A stretch of DNA of 50,736 nt, counting the filler, from Bipalium vagum (taxonomy: Eukaryota): NCBI GenBank assembly GCA_037834085.1. It is 3 parts of 3 records of this genome, joined end to end, with 100 filler letters (N's around TTAATTAATTAA, not from the genome) between each part and the next. Parts side by side here need not be neighbours in the genome. Positions count along the whole stretch, not along the records: positions 1 to 16,500 come from JBBMKC010108082.1; 2 more parts are not named here. The stretch is one strand, 5' to 3'. Positions within the stretch are counted from its first letter, which is position 1; each line of letters opens with the position of its first letter. Shown piece after piece: positions 1 to 10,472 of the stretch. The notes beneath the pieces are model-generated. The model was not told the origin of the DNA. It saw only the letters and a program-made list of their open reading frames with translations, and did no database searches. The translations under genes were made by a program, and so were the position numbers.

Positions 1-221
1 GGGATCTAATCACTCCAGCAGAGCTGCGGCCCATCATAGATAATTTCCCTAAACGTCTTCAGCTGTGTATCAAAGCCAAAGGAGGACATTTTGAAAATTT
101 TTGTTAATTTTGTTAGCTAATATTGTGAAAAATATATGTTATAAAAATTGTGATAATAAATGTTAGTTTCTATGTAAAATGACTGAAACTTTAAGGACGG
201 GTTATTTCTGGTCACTCTGTA
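1..221 (+). mobile_element. 3' end of a Tc1/mariner-superfamily transposon (transposase C-terminus plus terminal repeat)
   Basis: Translates as DLITPAELRPIIDNFPKRLQLCIKAKGGHFENFC*, a typical Tc1/maT C-terminus. It ends in ...GGTCACTCTG-TA (reverse complement TA-CAGAGTGACC). Confidence 0.8.
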
Positions 222-1199
222 ATAAATTAAAATAATGCACCTTTAATAAAGGAACCTTTTAAAATGTAATTGGACATTTTAAAAGTAAAAAATAATAATA
301 TTGAAAAAAACAGAACTTTAATTTTTGAAGCAAGTTATAAAATTTTAAAAATTCTCAAATCTGTTTAAATACCGACAGGCACCGAGTAGAATTTGTGATA
401 TGGTTCTTACTCTGGTGAACCATGGTACATTTTCTTCATATAATTCCAGAATAATTAATTTTGTTTTAATCAATCTTTCAATTACGAGAAAGACAGTGAA
501 AAATTAATCAATCTATCCCGATTTTCTCATTTTCAGCTTGGAGAGTGTCACTAAAAACAATAAAGTTCAGAGAGGCTTTTAAGCCGAAGCAATAAAATGA
601 CAAAAGAAATGATGAAAGAAAACGGTTTTTTATATGAAAAATTTTTTTGTCAAATAAATTATTCTGAAAAGATCTCGAATTACACAGAATCAGATTAAAA
701 ACGCTTGATCCGGATCGGGAAATAAAAGAATGTAAGATGAGATATTGGATCATCATAGCTTGAATTTTTAATATCATTTTTTTATTAATACCAACAAGGT
801 CACAAAAATAAAAGATCGTTTTAAACAAGAGGGAATAAATAATACAAGAAATATATATAAATAAATAAAATCACATTCTCCCCGCTTCCACCTACCTGAC
901 CTCATTATATTTTAATATCTGAAATGTACGTAACAAAATATTAATGACATTCATTGTGAATATTTGTATGAATATCGTTTTTCTTCGAATATATCACGGT
1001 CCCCACTTAGGAGAAGGCAGTTCACTAATTCTGTGAGCAATTAAACAAATGTACATGTTACCACAATGAAAATCCATGTCACCAAAGTAAAGAGACTTAA
1101 GGAGATAGGCTATGTAATTTCAGACAATATATAACAGTGTGATCCTCTATTCAGACACTGAAACCTTCTAAGTATGCAGGTTGCCCGATGTGGATTTCG

Positions 1200-1690
1200 A
1201 ACTGGCAACACTGCATTAATTAGATGTAATCTGGGGTTTTCATAAAGTGTAACCTTGTTTTTATATAAAGAATCGATTTGGGGAAAAGAATTTTGCTGGA
1301 ATTATGAAGATGTAATTCATTTTGAGTTTGTACGAAGTGATCGTTTGGTAAATGCTGAGCTTTACTGTGAACAGCTTGACAGAGTCAATGAAATTTTGAA
1401 AGGAAAATATCCCAGTTTTTATTTCATAGAAAGCGATTGCTTTATCACCATGGCAATTTGTAAGCTCAACGGGAAGCTTTAACGTAAGAGAAATTTACTA
1501 CATTCGATGTGATTGAACTCTTATGTCATCCCCCTTATAGTTCAGAACTTGGACTTCCAGATTTTGTCTTTTTCAGATCGATGGATCACTTTTTGCTGGA
1601 CTTTCTTTACTTCAAAGTCTAAAGAATGATGCGATAAAAAAATTTTAAAAACCGGAATATGAAAATTTTTTTATATAATAACGGTTTTTA
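1200..1690 (+). mobile_element. Decayed mariner transposase fragment
   Basis: ORF 1255-1482 has WNYEDVIHFE...VNAELYCEQLDRV. Downstream sequence encodes HPPYSSEL, the YSPDL motif, with frameshifts. Confidence 0.8.
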
Positions 1691-1730
1691 GTTGTAAAAG
1701 TGATAAAATATGTTTTCTGTTATTTTTTCA

Positions 1731-2620
1731 TAAAGATTCATTCAACAGTGACGCCTGTATGTTAAGGTTAATTAATATAGTATAATAATATAGTATAGTA
1801 TAGTATAATATAGTATAAATACGAATTCATACACGGTGCAACAAAAAATTTTCATCATACAAATCTATTATGAAAATGGACGTCCTGTATGGACGTGATA
1901 CATTTTGTGTTCATCGCCGTCCAGATCAATCTATAATCCGTGGACTAATGAAAGAATTTGAGGAAGCAGGTTGTGTAATTGATAAACGAAAAAAGATATA
2001 AAAGTTGGTACGCTTAACAAAAAACATATGCCTTGTAAAGAAAAAAATTGGAAAATCTCATTTAACATCAATTTTATGCCGTTCTGTTGAACTTGGAATA
2101 TCACAAGGCTGTACATAGAGAATTTTGAGAAGTGATTTGTATTTATATTCATATAAAATTCATAAAAAATATTTTGTTCAGTGATGAAGCTCATTTCAGC
2201 ATGAATGGTTTTGTTACCAAACTAAATTGTCTCATATTGGCTGATATGAATCCTCAGGTTATTCATCAAAAATCTTTACATTAGCAGAAAATCATTATCT
2301 GGTATTTAGTCACAGAATTCGCTGGCGATGACTTTATAAAGGGGTGTCCAAAATCAGCTGTGGTGCAAGTAAACATTGATTTTGTCCAGGAAATGATAAA
2401 GCTTGGTGGTCATGTAACTTTCGGCAAGATTCAGGTGTCATTGAGAATTAAAATGAGTACCATATATTCGATATTTCATGAACAATTGACTGTGAAAAAA
2501 CTGTATTCCCACTGAATCCCGTATAAATTAATTTGGTTCAAAAGTGACTGATATGAATAGGTCGAGAGAAATTCGAAATAAACTCAATTTCAGCACGTCA
2601 AAAGAGGTTTGCAAGATCAT
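1731..2620 (+). mobile_element. Decayed Tc1/mariner remnants (rosa-like copy followed by a mariner fragment)
   Basis: NILFSDEAHFSMNGFV motif at about 2168-2215. The terminus at 1731 (taaagattcattcaacagtgacgcctgtatgtt) matches the terminus at 29961. A mariner-like IFHEQLTVKKL segment lies near 2473-2505. Confidence 0.65.
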
Positions 2621-3162
2621 ATCACAGCCAGTTTCACGCAAAATTCAGGATTTTTTTATCAATCTGACCTTTTCCGGAGAATATTTGTCTTTAATGCATA
2701 ACTGCATTATGAACAAAAACAAAAATCTATTCAATGAAATGGTCACTTTTAAGAAATTGTTTACTGCCAACGGTCAGGTAAAGTATAAATGCTTTATGAA
2801 AGTTCTTTATTTTTACTGGCTAGAAATTTCTAGACGCCAAAACTTTCATAGATCCGCTTCATGATTTCACGTGAAGTTACCAAGCCCCTGAAAAGTTGAA
2901 ACTTGGCATGTTTTTTTAATCTTTTTAATTTCATCGCACACATTTTTACACTACTTGTTCTAGCATCTTCATGATGCAAAATATACTTATTCCTATTGAC
3001 AAACCTAAAACAATGAGATAAAGTTTGATTTCAATAGATTCTTACATTTCCTAATATTATAAATCAATAATTTTAAAAATTTTAATCGAAATCTTAATAA
3101 TTTTTTGCATTGAAATATGTACATAGAAAAGCGATACTTTTCCTTCAACCTTAATCATTAAT

Positions 3163-3468
3163 AAAGAAAGTAACTAATAAAAATAATCTTTTTTAAAATT
3201 AAAAGAAATTAATTACACAAATTAATTTAATTTAATTATTAAAATAAATTTATTAAATTAAATAAATAAATAACACAAAATTTCATTAAGATAAAAATAA
3301 AAATAAAATTAAAATAAAAATAAAGAAAATAACTAATAAAAATAATATTTTTTAAAATTAAAAGAAATTAATAAATAATAATAACAAATAAATTTAATTT
3401 AATTTATAAAATAATTTTATTAAATTAAATAAATAAATAATACAAAATTTCATCAAGACAAAAATTAA
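3163..3468. repeat. Imperfect ~160-bp AT-rich tandem duplication upstream of the lectin gene
   Basis: The segment aaagaaa.taactaataaaaataat.ttttttaaaattaaaagaaattaat...caaaatttcat.aaga.aaaaat occurs at about 3163-3300 and again at about 3322-3468. Confidence 0.75.
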
Positions 3469-3788
3469 GAAACCAGACAATAAGAATATAATATGTAACT
3501 TAAGCTGTTCTAATACCAAAAGGGAATGTGGGAACAGACAATTAAAGCTTGGTTTATTTAATGACATATTTTCATTTAAGTATATACTTTACAGAATTTC
3601 CATAAGCACTCAGGGGACATTTGTTTCTCGAAAACGTTTCAATAGTGAAAAAATATTATAAAATGTTAATGGGCTGAAACTTTCTAACTGTGTTGTCTGA
3701 GTTCCCAAAACCACTTATAAACCCTTCTGGACAAAGGTCGACAATGTTCAAAATCTCCTAATCAGATTAGAAGGTTTTCAGACCCCAA

Positions 3789-3796
3789 TATATAAA
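3789..3796 (+). promoter_or_regulatory. Candidate TATA box of the lectin gene
   Basis: TATATAAA lies about 30-35 nt upstream of the ATG at 3825, in a locally GC-richer context. The background is AT-rich, so a chance match is possible. Confidence 0.4.
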
Positions 3797-3824
3797 TGCA
3801 CAACATTGAGTACCACGAGAAAAT

Positions 3825-6800
3825 ATGGCCACAAACTTCAAATTGATCGTTGCTATTTTCGTTATATTTATTTATGTTGACCTAACCCTCGCAGGTCATG
3901 GTAATTATTATATTTCCGATATTGGCCTAATACGTTTTCCAGATGCGCTGACTGAAGATCAACTGGTTCATTTACCTAAATGCGCCAATTTTACGACAGC
4001 CGTCAGACTTTGTAAAAAGCGGGGCCTGAGTCTTATCAGGATCGATGATGAACAGACCAATGTAAAACCTTTCAATTAATCGGTCCACAATCTATCTTTC
4101 TAATCGCCTTCAGAAAATTGTTTTCCAATTTGCCCAAAGTAAAAAGCTGAACAAATATTGGATAGACGCCACTGATATCGTCGAAGAGGGTGTTTTCCTC
4201 CATAACGATGGCACGAAACTTTCTTACAAGTATGATGTTGACTGGTAATCCTGGGATATGTATTCGTTAAGACGTTGGAGAAAGGGTCAGCCAAACGATA
4301 AAGGAGGAAATCAGGACTGTGCTGTCATTACTAGAGAGTATAAAGGGTTTTGGAGTGATAATAACTGTGAAGATTCGAATGCTGTCATCTGCAGAGAGAG
4401 TAAAGTGTCGCTGGATGACGATCGGTTTTCCGTTCTCCCGGAACGTTTAAGTTTCGAAATGGCTGACAAGCTCTGTAAGAAGAGGAACATGAGCCTGGTC
4501 AGGATTGATGACGCTGAGACTAATGTAAGTCCTCAATTTCTCTTTCAAATTGCAGTTTAAAATGTTCAGCAAGCCGTCCTCAATTATGCTTCAGCAAAAA
4601 AGCTGGTTAATTATTGGATCGATGCGACCGATAAGGACAATGAGGGTAACTTCGTACACATCGATGGTTCGAAACTCGCTTACACGTACGACTTCCTCTG
4701 GCTCTTCGTCGTGGATATTCATTTGGAATCCCTTTATTCAGGAATTGGAAAGGCAACCAGCCGAACAATAAAGGAGGAAATGAGAACTGTGCTCAAAGCG
4801 GGATCGACCTTAATGGGTTTTGGAATGATTTGAACTGCACTGATCCACTCTTTGGAATTTGCAGCACGGCTAAGACGTTATTAAAGCGCGATCAGTTCTC
4901 AATTCTTTCTGAATTCGTCAATTTTGACACGGCCGTCAAGCTCTGTAAGGACAGGGGTATGAGTCTCCTCAGAATTGATGATGCTGAAACAAATGTACCT
5001 ACCCCTTTCTTCTTATGTATTCTCTCTCTATAGATATATTTCTGTTCCCTTTAAGAATCTTGTTCACCAGTACGCCATCAAGAACAAGGTGAAACAGCTT
5101 TGGATAGACGCCAATGACAAAATTAAAGACGGTGAATACGTTCACCTTGACGGAACGAAAGTCGTTTATACGTATCATTTTGATTAAAGACGTTGGTTGA
5201 ACATATTGGTCTTTTTTCAGGAAATGGAACAGAAATCAGCCCGACAATAAAGGAGGAAACGAGAGCTGCATTTATACGGGCATCATTAACGAAGGATTTT
5301 GGAATGATATAAACTGTGCTGCTGCCTTGACCGCGGTTTGCAATACGACCAAAGAACCATTCAAAGACGATCAGTTCTATACCTTACCGGAACCCGTTAC
5401 TTTTGAAATGGCGGTCGACCTTTGTAAGAAGAATGGCATGAACATCATCAGGATTGATGATTCTCACACAAATGTAATAACGTTCAGCTCATCCGTTGAC
5501 AGAATGTCTTTCTAATCACTTCTAGAACCTCGTCTTCAAATATGCCAAAGAGAAGAATTTGCACAAACATTGGATCGATGCCAGCGATAAGGTCCAAGAA
5601 GGTGATTTCGTGCATGTCGATGGGACGAAACTTCACTATTTGTACAGCTTTGATTACCTTTAATAAAGAAATATTCATGTGGGCATTGCCCTGTTCAGCA
5701 ACTGGAACAAAACCGAACCCAACGATAACGCTCATGTACAGAATTGTGTATATAGCGGAGTGTTTCGTCAAGGGATGTGGCATGATTTAGAATGTCATTC
5801 TAAACTGACTGGCATTTGCAATAAGACTAAGGCCTCAATCAACGACGACCCCTTCCATGTTCTACCGAAACCTGCAGATTTTGACACAGTGGTCAACCTC
5901 TGCAAGGAGAAGGGAATGACTCTCATCAGGATCGATGATGCCCAAACAAATGTAAAACATCTCTCTTCAAAGTATTCTCGATTGATAAACTTCTACTAAC
6001 CTTTAGGAGCTTGTTTACCAATATGCCAAGAAGAATAATTTGGACAAACATTGGATTGACGCGAATGACAAGACGAACGAGAGACAGTTCGTACATGTCG
6101 ATGGGACAGGACTCCATTACTTGTACAGCTTTCAATACCTTTAGTAAAGATATATTTATTTGGAATCGCCATGTTCAGCAACTGGAACAAAACCGAACCC
6201 AGCGATAGGTCTCACGGAGAGAATTGCGTATATAGCGGAGCATTTCGACAAGGGTTGTGGCATGACTTTGGATGCAATGCCAGAATGTTTGGAATCTGCA
6301 ATAAGACTAAGATATCAGTCAATGAAGACCCTTTCTACATTTTACCGGAACGTGTTGGTTTTGATACAGCAGTCAGGCTTTGTAACGAAAAGGGCATGAG
6401 TCTTATCAGGATCGACGATGCTCACACAAATGTAATAATACTCCGTTCATGCGTTCTCGACGAACCTTTTTAATCACTTCTAGAAACTTTTTCATCAATA
6501 TTCCATAAAGAAGAACTTGGACGAGCATTGGATCGATGCCAGTGACAAAAACAAAGATGGTGTATTCGTTCATTCTGATGGTACCATGGTCACTTACACG
6601 TACATTTTTATTGTTTTATAATCATTAATATTTACGTCAAATCGTTGGGATCAGCAACTGGGCAAAATCTCAACCAGATAAGAGGGGTGGAATTGAGGAC
6701 TGCGTATTCAGTGGAACTCGCAGAGAAGGGCTTTGGCACGATAGAATTTGTGGTAATCCCTTGTTCGGAGTGTGCAATAAGACTAAAGCACCGATCCATA

Positions 6801-9620
6801 ATGATCAGTTCTTGGTTCTTCCGAGTCTTGTGGATTTTGACACAGCGGTCAACCTGTGTAAGGAGAAGGGAATGAGTCTCATCAGGATCGATGATGCCCA
6901 AACAAATGTAAAACATCTCTCTGCAAAGTATTCTCGATTGATAAAAGTCTAATAACCTTTAGGAGCTTGTTTACCAATATGCCAAGAAGAATAATTTGGA
7001 CAGACATTGGATTGACGCGAATGACAAGACGAACGAGAGACAGTTTGTACATGTCGATGGGACAGGGCTCCATTACTTGTACAGCTTTCATTACCTTTAG
7101 TAAAGATATATTTATTTGGAATCGCCCTGTTCAGCAACTGGAACAAAACCGAACCCAGCGATAGGTCTCACGGAGAGAATTGCGTATATAGCGGAGCATT
7201 TCGACAAGGGTTGTGGCATGACTTTGGATGCAATGCCAGAATGTTTGGAATCTGCAATAAGACTAAGATATCAGTCAATGAAGACCCTTTCTACATTTTA
7301 CCGGAACGTGTTGGTTTTGATACAGCAGTCAGGCTTTGTAACGAAAAGGGCATGAGTCTTATCAGGATCGACGATGCTCACACAAATGTAATAATACTCC
7401 GTTCATGCGTTCTCGACGAACCTTTTTAATCACTTCTAGAAACTTTTTCATCAATATTCCATAAAGAAGAACTTGGACGAGCATTGGATCGATGCCAGTG
7501 ACAAAAACAAAGATGGTGTATTCGTTCATTCTGATGGTACCATGGTCACTTACACGTACATTTTTATTGTTTTATAATCATTAATATTTACGTCAAATCG
7601 TTGGGATCAGCAACTGGGCAAAATCTCAACCAGATAAGAGGGGTGGAATTGAGGACTGCGTATTCAGTGGAACTCGCAGAGAAGGGCTTTGGCACGATAG
7701 AATTTGTGGTAATCCCTTGTTCGGAGTGTGCAATAAGACTAAAGCACCGATCCATAATGATCAGTTCTTGGTTCTTCCGAGTCTTGTGGATTTTGACACA
7801 GCGGTCAACCTGTGTAAGGAGAGGGGAATGAGCCTGATAAGGATCGATAATGTTCATACAAATGTAACACATCTCTCTTCAAAGTGATCAGAATATATGT
7901 CTTCTAATAACCTTTAGGAGCTTGTTTACCAATATGCCAGACAGAATAATTTGACACGACATTGGATAGATGCCAATGATAAGGTCCAAGAACGAGACTT
8001 CGTACATGTGGATGGGACAAAACCGCGTTATTTGTACAGCTTTTGTTACCTTTAATAAATGATTGTTTATTTGAAATCTCCATGTTCAGGAACTGGAACA
8101 AAGGCGAGCCCAACGATAAGGGTCATGTACAGAATTGTGTATATAGCGGGACAGAGCGTCACGGATTGTGGCATGATTTTATGTGCCATGCCAAAATGTT
8201 CGGAATCTGCAATAAGACTAAAGGGCCCCTCAATGATGACCCCTTCTATGTTCTACCGAAACGTGTTGGTTTTGACACAGCAGTCAGGCTTTGCAACGAA
8301 AATGGCATGAGTCTCATCAGGATCGATGATGCTCACACAAATGTAGGACTCCTCGCTTTATTTACTCTTTCAATATTTACATTTCTCACAACCCTTAGAA
8401 CCTTGTTCACCAATATTCCAAAAGAAAGAACGTGAGCCAACATTGGATTGATGCAAATGACAAAATCAAGGAGGGCGAGTACGTCCACATCGATGGAACA
8501 AAACTGTCTTACATGTACAACTTGGATTTTACCTTTTGTCAGTACTTGTTTTTAATTTGAAATGACCTTGTTCAGAAACTGGAACGCAAATGAACCAAGT
8601 GATCGAACTCACATTGAAAACTGCTTATATACCGGAACGGACCGTAGAGGGTTTTGGAACGACAGGAACTGCAGTGATCCGATGTTTGTAATTTGCAATA
8701 GAACGGAACCATTCCTAAACGACAGTCGGTTTTTTGTCCTGCCAGAACTTGTCGACTTCCCAACCGCCGTCCGACAGTGTCAGGAGAAAGGTATGACTCT
8801 GACGAGGATTGACGACCCTGAGACAAACGTAAAACATCTTTCGGTTTTCGAGTTTTCTATATCTCTCAACTGGCTTTAGAAAGTGGTCCTCGACTTTTCC
8901 TTAAAAAAACGGTTGTCGCATTACTGGATTGACAAAACCAAAGAGACAGAACTAGCTCAGATGAATGGCAGCTCGGTTGCTTATACGTAAAACGTTGCTT
9001 GTCTTCATGGTAAATATTTTTGGGAAAATTCTTCGTTTAGCAACTGGTATCCAAAACAAGAAATTCAACCGAAACAAAGTTGTGTGATCAGTGGAATTGG
9101 TTTGAAGGGTCTCTGGTTTAAGGTAACATGTTTGGCGAAATCTTATGGCATCTGCAATGTAACAGCTCCACCACCCGTTGCCAAACAGCTTCCTGACGCA
9201 CCGAAAACGTTCGACTATTCCACGGTCATGAGACTTTGCAAGGAGAAAGGTAATAACCTAATCAGACTCGACCAAGGAGATCTGAAAGTAAAAATGATTT
9301 TCGTTCTTTGTTTTTGTGAAAACGTTGATAGGACTTTATGTTCTTCGATGATTTGAACCTGATGAGAATAAACTTGAAATCTGTGAAGACAAAGATTGAA
9401 AGGATAACCAACGATGACAGCCTTCTCATTTTCAAGTATGATTGTGATCCTTTTCGATGGCTTTGATCGAAATGATTTCAGCAGTGAGAATGGTTCGTTC
9501 GGTCCGGAAAATGAAAGGGGCGATGAGAATTTATCAGAGATTTTAAGATTTAAGAATGAAATCCTGAAATATTTGAAGCTGGAAGGGGATACATATGTGG
9601 TCTGTTATGCAGATGAATAA
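3825..9620 (+). CDS. Secreted multi-domain C-type lectin, 12 tandem CTLDs (10 canonical, 2 degenerate), ~1493 aa, 26 exons
   Basis: All introns are GT-AG, 42-61 nt, and the frame is open throughout. Exons: 3825-3900, 3943-4061, 4114-4229, 4272-4524, 4570-4685, 4742-4994, 5056-5171, 5221-5473, 5526-5641, 5699-5951, 6007-6122, 6179-6431, 6484-6599, 6655-6907, 6963-7078, 7135-7387, 7440-7555, 7611-7863, 7918-8033, 8090-8342, 8399-8514, 8576-8828, 8880-8986, 9041-9287, 9332-9435, 9482-9620 (sum 4482 nt). Signal peptide MATNFKLIVAIFVIFIYVDLTLA. Each domain has F..A...C...G..L..I, WID, W...(E/Q)P(N/D/S), C, W(N/H/S)D..C, C. No TM segment. AATAAA overlaps the stop codon. Confidence 0.93.
5907..7818 (+). 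repeat. Near-identical 956-bp direct tandem duplication (two lectin modules) inside the lectin gene
   Basis: About 5907-6862 matches about 6863-7818. ORF-track translations at offset 956 are identical or nearly so (e.g. 6160/7116, 6645/7601), and the introns are included. Confidence 0.95.
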
Positions 9621-10426
9621 ATGAAACTCTCTGACATACGGTGATGTAAAATTATAAAAGATATATCTTTACTTTATTTTCTTTTTGGAAAATAATTGGG
9701 GTTTGTAAAGAAAATGACTTTTTGATTATATTTTTGGGAAGAAATTAAGTTTGGTGACACTATTTGGATATGTAACTATTCAGAGAAACTAAATACCTTC
9801 AAAAAAGTGTATTTCTCTTTCTATATGTTGATGACATTTTTCTTTCTAAAATAATATAAGAGGTAAGAGAGAGAGAGAGAAACAAAATAAATATTCCACT
9901 CGCTGTTAGGCTCAGTGATGCTCAGACAAAGCTCAAATCGCCGCCATACTAACCTTGTAGGCCAAATAAAAAATCTTACTTAAGAATATGATGAATAAAC
10001 TAAGCACAAGAAAATCTTTATTTGTTCCAATTGACTTGTCGCATCGATTCAGCTTCTGTATTTGTTTAACTTTATTGATTAACTTCACACTTAAGCAGGA
10101 TGCTGTTAAAGAGTGTTGTGATCGATGATCATTTGTCGATTCATCTCAGCAAATGTGAAGTCGGCTAAGTTGGTATTGTTAAACAGGAACGCTTTAAACT
10201 TCGTTCAAATCTAAGCTTTAATTACCAAATGTTCATAATTGATCTTTTCAAATGTTCTTTCAAAAACTGAAAATCTCGTGTTATTTTACTGAATTCTGTT
10301 TTAAGTTTAATATTCAATTATGAATAACAGGATTAACAGTTTAAAGTATCGATTGTTTAAACTGTTCGTATTTAAAGAAAATGAGCGAAAAAATAAAAAT
10401 AAGAGATGACGTGAGACCAGTATTCA

Positions 10427-10471
<45 letters not shown>
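10427..10471. repeat. (AAT)n microsatellite
   Basis: About 15 perfect AAT units. Confidence 0.95.

Positions 10472-10472
<1 letters not shown>

Noticed and set aside
4100-8826. Numerous 60-100 aa overlapping ORFs on both strands in the lectin region
   Set aside because: They are alternative-frame or antisense shadows and exon-plus-intron read-throughs of the spliced lectin gene.
3943-8828. ~478-bp periodic repeat as a CRISPR-like array or a cluster of separate genes
   Set aside because: The units are coding exon pairs with GT-AG introns in one continuous frame, with a single signal peptide and a single stop.
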